Assembly: GCA_965235115.1 (NCBI GenBank)
Contig: OZ249445.1
Span: 19,158,001-19,222,000, forward strand
Length of the DNA: 64,000 bases
DNA from: Laetmonice hystrix
Taxonomy: Eukaryota
Direction: 5' to 3'
Within the stretch, counting starts at the first letter, position 1, and the number at the start of each line of letters is the position of its first letter. Of this stretch, positions 36,801 to 51,200 are shown piece by piece. The notes beneath the pieces are model-generated. The model saw only the letters and a list, made by a program, of their open reading frames with translations, was not told the DNA's origin and did not search any database. Both the position numbers and the translations under genes were made by a program.

Positions 36801-39800
36801 CTGTCCACCGCGTCGACTTGAAACTAATCTAACAACCATTCTAGGTCACTGGATTTACAGTTTACAGTGATTAGTAAGGAAAATATGATCTCCCTTGAGT
36901 CTATGTGGTTACTGTTCCAGGTTATTTCACTCAAAAATAACAAGTGTTGTACACATTATATGACAAATTCTTGTGAGACCTGAATAGTCACATGACCGTT
37001 TTGGGCAAGTTTATGACAAGTTTGAATTGTCTATACGTCAGTGTGGCTGTCATTAACTCGTAAATACATCGGCGACCGTTGACAGGGCAAAACTTGTCAT
37101 AAACTTGTCATGTTGGCAACGTTGGGACGAGTTTAGCCGAGCTTGATTTTTTCAGTGTACGTCTCATGCATTATACATCTCCAGACGTGAAATTACTGAA
37201 TAAAGTTTTTAAAAGGCAATTAAACTCACAGGTCACCGCTTCCATTCATATGGGCCTCTTCAACCGATGCTCACAGCTGCCGGGAACTTTTTCGGCGCTC
37301 GGAAACCGAATTCTGACTCGGTAACACGTACGTATAATTATCTTGTACACAGGGGTGCGTTGCATAAAAAATCCCCGCCCTTAAATCCTCCGCTAACGGT
37401 CAGTTAACGGGATGTTGCGTTGCATAATAAATTCCCACCCGCTACAATTCCCGTTAACTGTTGTTTTTTAACGGGCACCTAAAAGGTCCCCGCTATTTTA
37501 AAGGGGCATTTTAACGGAGCGGGCGGGGATTTTTTTATGCAACGGGCCCACCGAATTACGCCCGATTTTGAGAAGCGGCCCTATCTCAAAATATGGCGTA
37601 ATTCGGTCTGTGTAGGTTTATCTGGATTATGTAGGCCTACGGATTGTGTACGGCGTTATACGGGCTCTTCCCGTCTAATCCCACAAAAGTGGCATTTCCA
37701 AAGAGTAGCCTATTGCTTGTTTCTAATCTAGGTAGTAACTTTAAAAACTATTAGCACTCCAGTAGAGTTGTAGGCCTGCATAAGCACAGATTTCCACGAG
37801 ATTTAGAATTTTTTTAGCAGCTCTTTGCCAAAGGGAGGTTATGCGTTGGAGGTTATGCAATATCGCCCTCATGCATGCAGTAGCCACTATATGATATTAT
37901 TAAATATCGCCCTCATGCATGCAGTAGCCACTATATGATATTATTAAATATCGCCCTCATGCATGCAGTAGCCACTATATGATATTATTAAATATCGCCC
38001 TCATGCATGCAGTAGCCACTATATGATATTATTAAATATCGCCCTCATGCATGCAGTAGCCACTATATGATATTATTAAATATCGCCCTCATGCATGCAG
38101 TAGCCACTATATGATATTATTATCACCACAAGCATCAACACGATCCTTCATTTATGCTGCGTTGTAATTTTAGTGCATCTTGATGCATTGGTCGAACTCG
38201 ACAATCGTCCGTCTCCCAGGATCTACCATAGCCATCTGGCCTACAGATTCATCCCAGAAAGGGCGAAGGCTGGTGATTGCAAAGTAAGGCAAACGTCTTG
38301 CTGCGTTCATGTTGTTTTCTATCCCACTTTGTTACCTTTTTATAATCAGAAACACTTTCTATCAAAATACATAATATTGATATGTAGTGGGTTTGACTTA
38401 GCGTAGCACATGGCCTAAACAGAATAGAACAAAATAAAAGAAAACGAAAAATGAAAATGACGAGTGGAAAGAGAGCAAGAACCAGGGATAGGTTAACGCT
38501 ATCTATCAAAAATGAAATACATGCATTCAATTAATAACGTGCAAATTTCCTGCTTCCAGATACTGGTAATGGTAAGGAACGGCAAGGATGTAGCTTTTAG
38601 CTACTCTGAGATGCACAAAATGTATCCGCCGTTCGGCTACTTCAACGGACCGTGGAGGGAATTCCTAGAGTGCTTCATCCGTGGAGAGGGTCAGTTTGTT
38701 TTTCAATCCAATAAACTATGATTAGAAATATTATTTTTCTCTCATATTCGAGATTTATTTGCGACTTAAGGTCATGTGCTACAAGTCAAACCCATTACAT
38801 ATCAATGTTATGTATTTTGATAGAAAGAACAAGTGTTTCTGATTTTAAAAAGGTAAAAATATCCATGTGTCACCATTATGTCACCATGACGTTTGTGTGA
38901 GCTGTCTATTAAACATGATTTTGTGTGTTCGCCCCAGATCACAGCACGAGGACCGAAACGGAATGTCGAGGTCCGAACGCTGTGATCTGGGGTAACACAT
39001 TGAAAGTCATGGTTAAACCCTGTTCTACCATGACAATACTATATCTTAGACACTATTTTATTTCATAAATATTACCTAAAACATCAGAAAAAAGGCTAAC
39101 CGCGTTTATAAGCGCCACATTACGACCGTCTTTTTTACAACCTCTGACCATGCTGTTGGTCTCAGGACCAACAGCACGGTATTAATCCATCGTTCTCTGT
39201 AGGGAGTCCACGGCTAGTGGTAGAACTGTAGACCATAAAGCCACTGTTATTACAAACGTAGTTCATCCGGCATACCGCTTCACTCAAGCATATCGGTTAA
39301 ACGGTTTAGCATATATATGGAGACGCCCCTCTAAATTGAGACAAACCACTCAGGCATAAAGTACATCCGTACCAACATCTGTTCAGAGAGACATGCTGTT
39401 AGCATCCCTTATGAAAAATTAGGACATAAGTAGGAATAAGAATATAGAAAAAGTAGGATTGAAACAGCCCACATGCCAACATGACTCATGCTCATACTGG
39501 ATAAATGAAATGATTTCAGACTCGTACTGAGTCAGAGATGATGTCAGACTCGGACTTCAATGACACAGATATTTCGTTCCCCTTTCACCCCACGGCCCTC
39601 CACGATGTCGCACTGTTTGTTACAAATAGATTTACACGTGCGTAAAATAGGTTCTTAAATATTAACTTTTGTTTCGGCCAGTTTGCTATGGATCGTGGTT
39701 CGATCACGTGCGGGACTGGTGGCAGCATAGACACGAACCACACATATTGTTTATACATTATGAGAACATTGTCCTGGTAGGTATTATACAATTCGTAAAC

Positions 39801-40372
39801 ACTGTCTTTGCTCTGTTAAAGTGTGCCATTTCAAAAAGCGACATGAAATATGGCATGGCTAATTTCTCGACAAATTTTCAGGATCTCCCAAAGGAGGTTC
39901 AGAGAATTGCAAAGTTTCTTGGCATACCGTGGACCGCTGAATTAGCGGCAAATGTCGCCAACGCGGCCAACTTCAATCAAATGAGAAAAAATCCTTTGGT
40001 CAGCTATGACTCCTTCCACGACAGTGTTAACACCAACAACACCAAATTTATACGAAAAGGTACGGCTTTACAAGTTTGTTCCTCAGATTCAAGAGGATAA
40101 TATCTTGCAATTATCTTTAATTTCAAACATAAGCGGTTTTTAAAAAATTTAAACCGAAATGATTTAATGATAATATGCGTTGTGGATATTATACACTGCA
40201 AAGAAAAATAAGCGTTTGCAATAGACTTATTGTAGTTCTCTTTCCTTGTTCTGTAGGAAAGATTGGCGGATGGAAGGCAAGATTTTCAATCGACGATAAC
40301 GAACTCTTCGACGAGAAATATGAAAAGGCAGATATGAAGACTTTGGGACCTGAATTTACATTTTCGTTTTGA
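33868..40372 (+). CDS. Cytosolic PAPS-dependent sulfotransferase (SULT1-like), 312 aa, 7 exons
   Basis: Exons 33868-34039, 34386-34523, 38174-38283, 38560-38689, 39682-39776, 39882-40059, 40257-40372 (939 nt). Motifs RPDDIFIVGYPRSG (5'-PSB), RIYHSHL (catalytic His), RNGKDVAFS (3'-PB), YGSWFDHVRDWW, RKGKIGGWK. Confidence 0.9.
34641..37157. mobile_element. CACTA/EnSpm-like non-autonomous element with nested MITEs, in SULT intron 2
   Basis: TA|CACTGAAAAAATCAAGCTC...GAGCTTGATTTTTTCAGTG|TA; subterminal AAACTTGTCA/TGACAAGTTT repeats at both ends. Confidence 0.75.
35658..35820. other. Assembly gap (163 N) flanked by an inverted repeat
   Basis: N run; AGGCCAGTTTACACCCCGG..GGCCAGAACATA on the left and its reverse complement on the right. 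Confidence 0.98.
37352..37549. mobile_element. Harbinger-like MITE
   Basis: TIR GTTGCATAAAAAATCCCCGCC...GGCGGGGATTTTTTTATGCAAC; termini resemble the 30115 element. Confidence 0.7.
37858..38122. repeat. 44-bp minisatellite, 6 copies
   Basis: Unit AAATATCGCCCTCATGCATGCAGTAGCCACTATATGATATTATT, ending ~50 bp before the SULT exon 3 acceptor. Confidence 0.95.
38910..39017. mobile_element. Unclassified small hairpin element
   Basis: TGTGTT..CCCCAGATCACAGC..GGACC...GGTCCGAACGCTGTGATCTGGGGTAACACA inverted repeat. Confidence 0.5.
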
Positions 40373-41519
40373 TGCATCCAAAGGGTTTACGGTATAATCA
40401 GACCGTAAAATCAAGGGAGGCAGACGAAGGGAGATGCTCGTTCAATTCTGCGAAGGCCACGAGCATAGCCCCGTTAACCGGCCCAGAAGCAGAGGAGGCA
40501 GAACTCCGTCTTTGGCCTCAAACTATGCCACGGCTCTGAGTAATCGAATGTTTTCCTTTTTGTTGGTGGAAGTCTTACGAACCTTGACGCTGTTCGGTGC
40601 AAATGAACCATAACATGACTGGCTGCTTGTTGAATAGAGGCAGTAAATATATTTTAACAGTGAACCTCCGTTGGGAGGTTTCATAATGTATACAAACGTA
40701 TGTGTGGTTATTCTGATTTATTTACTTTGTAGACTAATGATGAAAAATGGTGCTGAGTATTTCCCTCTCGCTCACTCCCAACGTGTACAACTTGTAAACA
40801 ATATTTATTACTTTGCGGGCTATTGTGTTCTTATATCGTTTCATTTCAATACTTAGCACACATAACAATAGTCAGGGCCTACTTATAACAACAAAAAGAT
40901 ATATGACCTTTATTTCTTCATAAATTATCGTTCATTCTTAATTACGCTTACTGGACATCAACATCGGCACGGTGTCGACTACGAACTAATGGCTACTTGA
41001 GTTTCTACGAACTACCTTTAGAGTTGGTGGATACATCCACAATAGCCCACCATACCCGACATATCTGGATTATAGGTCCACGTGTGATATGAAGTGGAAC
41101 TGCATTGGCCAAGGCCATTCAGTGACCGATTGACATATATCATGGATTGGCTTAGAGAGAAGTAGAGAGAGGGAGAGAGTTGAGGGAGAGGACATGTTTG
41201 CACCCCCCTGACGGTGTCCCCTGGTTGTAAGTTGTGAGCATAGAATCTAAAGTAAAGGAAAATCTTAATAGAGCCAGATGAACATTCACGCCTAAAGCTG
41301 TTCCTGAATGACGTGGGGGACTTGAGGTCATCCTATCACCAACAGGTGACAGTGTGAGCCACTTAGACCGTATAGGCGTATCCGTGAATCGACCCAATCA
41401 GTGCCACCGCACCCAACCGCCCGCTCAGTTCTTTGTTCAACACTTCTGGCAGACCTCGACACAATGTTATTGCGACTATACGGCTATCTGACTAATATAG
41501 GCCTACTAGTATTATAGGT

Positions 41520-42058
41520 TTACGGTAAGATTGAGTCATTAGGCATGCCGTATGTTGCCGGTTGAATGCCCTGGAATCCTGTCTTGCTGTCTGTATAGTC
41601 GATTGCTGAGATTGGCTGCGAGGGGTCGCTGGCCTCCTTGTCGGCTCCCGAGTGAGCCCGACGTAAAAGGCGCTCCATCCGTTCTCGGCGCTGCTCCTCT
41701 TCGTCTCGCCTGGCGACGAGTTTTTTCGCGAAGTTGAAAACAAACAAATCGATGAGTTCGAAAACTGTCAAAACGCTTCCGCCCAGGAGAAGGCCCATAA
41801 ATCCGCCAACGTCACCTGTTAAACGAAAAAAAAACAGGATGTAACCATCCAGATGTCGATACTATACTCATTTATGGCTTCATTAACATCATTTATAACC
41901 TATATATATACACGTATAGCTATTTTATAAATCTGCATTATAGTGGTGTGCAGGTAAACTTCTTACCCAGAAATTGTGTCAACTGATATGCCTCGATTTG
42001 AGTGACTGTTTGGTGTTTCAGCTGTGCGAAGTAGACATCCATTGCCAGAAAATTGTCT
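41520..42058 (-). CDS. DEG/ENaC beta11-12, TM2 pore and cytoplasmic tail
   Basis: DNFLAMDVYF...EAYQLTQFL|GDVGGFMGLLLGGSVLTVFELID... Confidence 0.93.
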
Positions 42059-45000
42059 CTGGAAATAAATTTGACATGGCAAAGACAAGGTTATTTGGGT
42101 GATTAAAATACATACTTGAACACAGATCTTTGTTTGTTGAATAATTCATATTATTAGTATATAGATCTATTCAAACGTTACTTTTACATCACAGAATTTG
42201 TGTCAAGTTTTGCTGCTGTTGCACGAGTATGTAGAACTATAGTCGTACAGGACAAAGCGATGGCCAATATCTCGTTCTTCCATGTATTTCTGGTAGCCCT
42301 GTTGGATCTTGTACATTGCATCGATCAGCTTCTGTTTATTGAAGACCAGCTGTTCCTCAAAGTTGTCGAGCAGCTGGAGAAGCTCGTTGCAGAAGGCGTG
42401 CAAGGCCTCGCGGAGGTGTTCTTCCGCTTGTTGGCCCACGAAGCTCGATATGGGCACGTCACGGTTCCAAACCTTTATAAGAAAGAAATCGTCGTCCCCA
42501 TTCATAATCCTACATAATGTACTGAAGTTTGAACCGGATGGTATAAATATTATACAGAACTTAAAATGGACCGTCATTTACAAGCACCTAGGGGTGTAGG
42601 CAGAACTGAGATAAGAGGGGGGGGGGGGTCCAACTGAGATTGGGGGGGGGGGTGTGTGTGTTCCCAACCATAATATTAGTAATTCATTTCGATCTATTTA
42701 GTTATTTAGTTATCTATTAATTATCTTCTTTTTTTTCGGGGGGGGGGGGGGGGGTCCAGGCCCGGAAACCCTCCTGGCTACACAGAGTATTTTTTACCTT
42801 CCAATGTTCTCGCCCTATAGCGTTAAATCTAGCGGGGTTGTCCATGTTTGGTGTCGGTAGACCCCATATTTTCATCTTTGCACTTTTATCATAGAAGGCG
42901 TTTTCGTCCAGGTAGCTCTGCATGTCGCTAGCCTTGCGTAGTGCCTCCATGTAGAACTCCAGCAGGTCGTCGCGGATGGCAATGATTCGCTGTCGGAGCG
43001 GTTCGGTCAGTCTGGACTGGATCCGCTCCACAAAGGTCTTGATATGTGACAGGACAGCCGAGCTCTTGTCGTCCGGCTTGAAGTGTTTCAGATAAGCCAG
43101 CTTGTTGATCTTGCCCTGAGTGTAACGCTGCAAAAGACGGCGCACGTCCTTTTCATCCTTCTCTAAGATACAGGCCTCATGCGTCAAGTTATACGTGGTT
43201 CCTATGAGAATGTTTTGGTGTTGACGTTCCTTCACTGATTTCAAAAGTGTCTCCTCCCATCGCTGGACCTTTCCCAGCATGTTCTCATACTCCTCGAGGC
43301 ATTCCTTCAAGTTTGGGAATCTTGCCATGTATACAGCGGTGTTTCTTCTCAACGTCTCGATATGCTCTTTGTGAAACGGTCCGTGACGTAGATGTTCTGG
43401 CAGTGACGGGATGGCACTGACCTGCTCCAGGACCAACACGGTCTGGTTCAGTGTTTTGGTGATTTCCTCCATGTACTGGAGGCAGTATTCGTTGCGGACG
43501 AACAGAGTAGTTGGAATGTTGTGACGCTGACGGAGGGACGCTGCCGTCGGCTTGCCGTACCTGTCCACTTTATTCAACAGTTCCTCCAACGTCTCCCGCA
43601 TCATGTCTGCCTGCGTGACGCACTTCTTGGTCACCTCGTCCAGAAAACGGTGCTTTCGGTTCTTTGTGATTGACATGGCCACCAGCTGCTCGAGTTCCTT
43701 CAGACATACCTAAAGTAACAGGATGGCTTACATAATATTATAGTAATCTAATCTGATCCATGTGTGCGTATGGGGACTCTTGTTTAAGGGGGCAGAGGGT
43801 TTGATTTGCCTGAAATCTGTCCGATTTCTTTTCTTGTTGCTTTTCCCCACTGTTTGGGAGGGCAGATGTCCTCTGCCCCCCCCCCCCCCAGCTCGTACGC
43901 CTATGAGTGATCATCTCTTTTAAAAATCGAGTATTATGTAAACCGCCGACCTCTTTAGAAAAATGTCAGTGTCAAGAAGTCAGAAACTTTAAGTAGGACC
44001 TTGACCGCCTAGTCGAACCCTTTAGTTCTGGAAATCGTATGTTGTAAGCCTAATTTACCTTCGTATCTCCAAGATATATTTGAAGGAGTTGGACTGTGTC
44101 GGCGTAGAGTCTGTTGTATGATGCCTTGAGATGCGGCAGGTCCTCCATAAGGTATTCTAGATCTCCACGGAAAAGTCCGAGTAAAGTCGAAGACGCTGTC
44201 GCTATCTTGGCAAAGGTGGACGTCGCCAGGTCGCCAAGGTATTTGTTGGCAAACCTGATCAGGTGACGATAGAGACGGGCGACACCTGGCGATAAATGGT
44301 ACAGTTAGGGTCAAGGCTTTCCTGCAAATTGTTTTTTTAAAGACTCCCCTAAATTCAATTACTCTCCCGTAAAAGGTTTCCGACTTTTCTCACTTGCCTA
44401 CCCCCATGCTACTTTCAAACTCTCCTTCAAATAAAGTGAAATCCTCCCGGAACCCCTGCTCATCTCTTCTTCCAACCCAACTTAAACGTACCGGCCATAT
44501 TTCTTATATCTGCTATGAAGATGTTCTCGTCGACGCGTTGTTTGACCTCGAGAGCGCCGCGGTATTTGTTTAGTAGGGTGTCCGTGCCCCCTCGCAGAAT
44601 GTAGTCGACGCTTAGATAGGACAACGATGCTGAGGACAACGATGGTTCGTACACAGTCTGCTCACAAGGTTTCGGACACTCGCACCCTTTGCCTCTGGAC
44701 TTGGGCGAATCTGCTCAAGTTTACATTGTACTTTTAGAAAAAAAGCTTCGAACTGGGAAAATCGTCTTTTAATGCACTTTTAAACACGGGCCCTTGGCTG
44801 CAGGCGCGTGTGCAGGATTTTCAGCAGGGGGGTCTCAGGAAATTTTTTAAAAATTAGAAGCTCTGACACCTGATTCCCCGCCATTTAGGGACCATTTTAG
44901 GGCATTATATTTTGTGGATTCATCGCCCCCCCCCCTCTGGACACGCACCTGAGCTGCTTGGCGAGCAAATTATCGGTTGACCTATAGGCGATAAACTTAC

Positions 45001-45189
45001 ACAAATAGAATTGTTGAAAAGATAACTAAATAAGGTGTCACTTACTGATGGCAGGTAAGGCACATGTGAAATATTTGGTGAGGTTGCATATTGGTGGACG
45101 TCCTGCCGGATAAAAGAAAAAAAGGAATGGTAGACCCTACTCGTTATTGAAACAAATATTGGACACACAATTGTGGATAAACCAGAGAA

Positions 45190-45249
<60 letters not shown>

Positions 45250-48200
45250 CTACCGTCGGCGTTTCCCGGCATGTAGGCGTCCCGACATTGGCATTCCCGC
45301 AATACTTCCTTTGTCTCGCACTCTCGGATGCAACGAGAATGCACGTAGTCGTCATAGAAGTTCAATGGCTTTGTGCCGCACTCGCCCCATGGATGCGCTA
45401 AGTTTTTGGCCTTTGAAATAAATGCACATGCAGATTATGTTAAACTACAAGGTACGCCTCACCAACAGCCAGGGCTAAGGAAACGGTCCACTCTCCCGAT
45501 TTTCACCCGATTTCTCATCCGACGATAACAAATATCCATCAAAAATTGTGGTAACCAAAAATCGTTCTTGTCATATTACGCCAGAATTTAATTCTTTAAA
45601 AATAGTTCATTATCTCATCTAAAAGATCGGATGAGAGATCGGAAAAAATCGGGACAGTAGACGTCCGCTATATGCCCCTGTACATAGTCGGTCAGTAGGT
45701 GGGAAATCGGAGTGCCGGGCGAACCAACGAATTTGTAGCAAGAAACTGGCAAATTGCCCAAATAGGCCTATGGCACAAAGAGGTTTCACCCCCGGAGGTG
45801 GGAGGCTCTGCGATCACCAGCCACAGCCCGAGACCACTTACTCATACAATTGCTGGCAATGATTATATGATTGTGTGTGGGGGGGGGGGGGGGGTATTTA
45901 CCTCATTCAGTCTGATACCGACGAGCGTGTGTGTCCCAGGTGGGATAGCAAATCCCAGGTCCCGCACCTGAGGCAGTTCGTTCTTAGTGTGAAGGAAAAC
46001 CTGCGGATGTGATCACGTCAAAATATTTCAGTCACCATCACAATTTTATCATTACTTTCGACTGACTGCCCTCGTTAGCTTGGTAACTTTGCCACTGTAT
46101 TCCCATAGCAGTTCAAAGCGGTTGTCTGTACTAGATATTCATTAACGTGTTAATTAACTGATGATTAACATTACCTCCTTCCGTTCCTACCTTTATTCCT
46201 GCATCACTTTGTGGGCCGCTCATATATTCATACTGTTCAATGTTCAACGTTAAGCTCAGCCCAAATCGCGACCCTGGTTGAAAAAAAAAATAAACGAAGA
46301 ATCATGTGTTTTGGAAGCATAACTGCCTTATAAGGAGGCTGGGGTTAAAGGGGGAAGTGGAGGCTAAGATGTGAAATAATTTTTAGTACAGCTAGGGAAA
46401 TCAGGAAACGGCCTATATTATGACGTTGTACTTTCCTGTATAGGAAAAACGTAGGTCTACCTGTCTGGGCCGTCGTCCGTTCTCTGTGACCGGCGTTGAA
46501 GGTGTAACAGACGCCATAATCGGTTACCTGTTTGGTGAACTCCGAGTAGGAACACTCTTCACCCTCCCACTCACACCTGGGTCACAAAATATGATGTTGA
46601 AATCATGGACACCATGCAAGATATAGACCCTCACTAACATTGTATACAGTATGTTTGTGCTATTGTTCACACACCCTCACTAACATTGTATACAGTATGT
46701 TTGTGCTATTGTTCACACACCCTCACTAACATTGTATACAGTATGTTTGTGCTATTGTACACACACCCTCACTAACATTGTATACAGTATGTTTGTGCTA
46801 TTGTTCACACACCCTCACTAACATTGTATACAGTATGTTTGTGCTATTGTTCACACACCCTCACTAACATTGTATACAGTATGTTTGTGCTTGTTCACAC
46901 ATAACTATAGGAAACAAATGATTGCAGTTACTCAATGCCGAAATAGGAAAGGCCCTTCTTAAGTTGTAGAAGGCACTTACTGGAAAATGAAATCGTCGCC
47001 TTGGTGGGCAGCTCGCATGTATATCTCAGTAAGGTTTAGGGCAACCCCTATGGAGGAAAGTTACAGGATTCACAGTTATAGACCAGTTTCTTTAAGTACA
47101 ATCAGGTTAAAATCTTCGCACTTGACCCCTGTTGGCCCAAGCGTTTTTCTCAGCTTTCCCTATCTACCCTCCATTTTGCCCTTCTTTTCACATCGGAACA
47201 CCCTTTTCAAAATCCTTATCCGTTGCTCATAATGATATACATGTATGTACATGAGGATCGTGTCTTACCAATGTCCTCCTGGGCGACCTTCTCGGGCCCG
47301 TTCAGTAGGCGGATGGCCGAGTCTGGGGACGTGGACTCCGGGGACTTGGACCCGGGGGCAGTCCCCGAATCTTCCGTGCCGTTCAAGCTAATAACTTCTA
47401 TCTGAGCTGATGGGAGATGAAAACGAGCTACAATGGCTATTTGGAATGTTAGTTTCACTCCGGCTTCACTATGGTCATTACTAACTAGGCTTCTCTCTTT
47501 ATTATCAGATGATTGCATATGGTGACAAGGTGTTAAGTGACCAGTAGATCTACACCCGACATCTCTGACACTATTACACAACTCTACGCCTGCATTCACC
47601 ACGTCTTCCATGTACAGGCCTATTAGGTAGGAGTCTTACTTACAAACAATTTGCTCCCTTCTCTTAAGAACCGATTGAGTATCATGATTGGTAACTTTTC
47701 ATTCACAATATGCACAAGATAAGTATACGTGCAGAAGGATTTGCACATGGTCCCCGTACCTGTGCAATCTTCATCTTCCGCCATGTGGCAGTTGGGCATG
47801 CCATTACACTCGAACCGGAGAGGGATGCAGGCAAAGCGAGATGAGCATGTTGTCTCCTCTTCACTGCAATCTGAGGGAAAAAGTTTTCAAGAAAAGTTTT
47901 TGTAAAGAAAATGGTTGAAATAAAGTAATGATGAGGGCCGTATAGGCCTACACAATAGAATTTCAAAGTGAAAGAGAAAACATTAGGTCATATAATATAA
48001 TAGTATTTAAAGCGATAATAGGGTCTATATATGAATGTATATATTAGGTATCACCAATTCTGAATTTAGACTCATCACGGCTTGACTATAATATAAGGTA
48101 TGACCTCGCAGGACAATTTGCATAGACCCTTACTGAAGGCAGGACAGTCTCCATCCACAGTGATGACGTCATCAATTCCGCCTCGAACTTGTTCGCCATT

Positions 48201-51200
48201 TAGTTCGAAAACGAGGCGATAGTAACCCTCGGATAGATCTACCTGTAGGAAAGAGCCATCAGGTCCAAATGAATTGGTGTGTGGGTGTGGGTGTAGGGGA
48301 CGCCCAAACCTTCAAAATCTTAATATTGGTTCATGATTCGGTCCTACCTGTGCGAAATGCCACGCGTTATCCATGACACTTCGCACGCTCCAGACGGTCT
48401 CGCGAGATCCATCGAACTGTTCGAGACTGAGTGAAAGTGTGTTGACGAGTAACTCCTGGCGATCTCTGCCCTGGAGGAAGAAGTAGAACTGAAGACAGGA
48501 GGTGTTGGTGACGAGCTGGAAGGGCGAATTGACCATCGTGTGCGACTTGCCCTCCAGGTGTCTGCTCGTTCTCAGGTAATACCCACCTTGAGCAAAAAAA
48601 CAAACTGTTATTGTACTCTGGAGGCCTGGATCTCCTATGAATATCACTAGTGCTCAATTTTAGGTTCTTTATGACTTTAACATACATTTGTGTCTGCACG
48701 ATATTATTGTACTGATTAGTTACCCTCAGGGTTGTCCTGAAACTATGAGTGATGTCATTTAATGCCTCATGTGGGCTACTAAAAGTTAAAAACGAATTGA
48801 AAGAACGTGCTCACTACATTATTGTGAGCTATAATTTTGCCCCCATATTTCAACAGTACAAGACAGAATTGGTATTGAGATTTTATTCCACAGTCAAAGT
48901 CATATCGAGGCGGTCCGTTTGACTGGACGGGCAACTGGAGTAGCGGGGGAAACCCCAATGTTTTAGCAAGTATCTAACAAACATAAGGCACGAGGGTCCT
49001 ACCAGGGGAGGTATCCTTATATTGTTTACTGCGGGTCCACTTGACTGGGCCTGGAGACACGTCTTGATATCCGCAGTAGTCATCAGGCTCAAAGGTGCAG
49101 TTAAACGACCCGTCTATTACTGAAAACGGCATATCTTAGCTTGCTTTAACCTCAGTCATTGAATCTAGAATACATGCATCTTTAGACAACAGTGTAGGTT
49201 TGTTGGCATTTGACATTTAAGGTACCAGCGTCGTATTTCTTATTGATGCTTTTACCCCGATTTTAAAAATGTATTTATTTATTGGGGGGTTACGCCTAAG
49301 TCAGCCAGGGTATAATTTCGAGGCTGTCAGTTATATTGGTGGAGAACCCGGTGAAAATCAACGAACTTACGGCAGGTAGCTGACTACCCTATACTTACAG
49401 GCGTCTCCAAGGGGATCCAACCCCAGACGTATTATTAGCTTTCCCAGGAAATATTTACAGACTTACCTACTTCACTGCACAAGCCAGACCTCAGGGACAC
49501 CTCATCAATGCCAGCATACTCTTGGGCCCACTGTTCGGCATACATGAACTCAAACACGACGCCATAGAGTCCTGGCCTGAGGTCAGCGGACGCGGTGTGC
49601 CAAGCATTATGCTTCCCATCGTGTAGAATATCTACTATTTTTACAGTGCCACTACTGTTGTAGGTATACACTCTAATGTCTACGTATCTGGTGAAGTATT
49701 GGAAGGTGAGGCAGGTGTCGTTGTGGATAGGTTGGATGGGTGACAGGAGGCGGTTCCAGTCGTGTCGGCGGGGCCGTACGCCCTGGGTGTTGGTGATCGT
49801 TATGTAATAGTCTGAAGGGAAGTGTTAGTGTCGTCATCATTAAATTTAGGGGTTCGAGGATAATTATCCCGGAGGTAAAAGAGTGGCAGAAAAACTGTAG
49901 TAAAAGATATTTACGGTACCTTCTATTTGTTGAGATATTGAAGTTATTGGCCATATAGTTTTGTTTGTCTAGGCCCCGGTTTCAGAAAGGCTTTCAGCAG
50001 CAAACTCGTGGGCCTGTCTCTGCATTGATTGGAGGACCACCTACCGTATGGCTTGAGTTCGGGTGGAGGACCCTCTAGATCGGTGCTGTTATCGTTTGGT
50101 ATCGAGACATTGGTGGGGCCCTCCGATATGTCCTCAAACAGAGGTTCACGGATCCACACGTCATAGATGTTAGAGGAAGTCTGCATGTAGCCGCACGCAC
50201 ATCGGTCACGGAATGAACAACTGATTCCCGTCTCCTCGCTGGTTTCTGGGTATGAGAATGTTTCTGCTTTACAATTCAGATATTTGTAGGGATATCATAA
50301 TATTGGAAAAGGATTAAAGCAGAGTAAAATTATGATGGTATAGGCTAGTAAGTTTGAAAATGGAAGGCCATACAGTGATAGGCCTAAATGATGGCCAGAT
50401 CGAGTGCTTTATATAAGTTTGTGTTCAATTGACATTGATCAATGCACAAAATATTTGTACGAGAGTTGGTTCTATCATATTTTTCAACTTGGGGGGGGGG
50501 GGCTCACTACTGTAGCCCGCAAAATGCACAAAAACAACAATTCGTATTATTATTAATATTATTATTATTATTTATTCATTTATTTTTTTATTTTTTTATT
50601 TATTTATTTATTTCTGTTTATGCCCCCTGTGTCACCTATAGGCTACCTTGAAATAAAACATTAATATTTAGCGCGGTTTTATTCTAACGTCGTGCTTGTC
50701 CGAGGAGGCCTCTAATATTATATGACCGTCTTTTGAAAACTTTGCTCCATCTTTGCGGGAAGGTTGCCGTTATGTTCTCTGCCGTGACCCACGGTGGATA
50801 TGCGGCAGCGCCTGCTGGCGGGAATTTTGAGAAACTAATTGATTCAGTCTCATCACAACGTACGTTGAAGTCGGACCTTTTAACGATCGAGTTACAATAA
50901 TGTCAACGTAGTTTAATAATTATTTCATCATTCATGTCTTATACCTTCTGGACATGCGATCATTATGCATCCAGTCGTCGTTTTATTATGTTATAGAAGC
51001 ACCGAAGGGGAGGTCTGTCCACTGCCGTCTGCAGCGCATGCTAAATATAGTTAGTTCCGTACAAAACGCTAGATGGCGGTCGTCATTCTTAGTTTCAAGT
51101 TAAAACGTCAGATGGCAGCAAAGAAGCTCTGAATTGCTACTTGAACTAGTACTTCCGGTAAAACGCCGTCGCGACCATTTGAAGAGAGGTGGCGCTCCTG

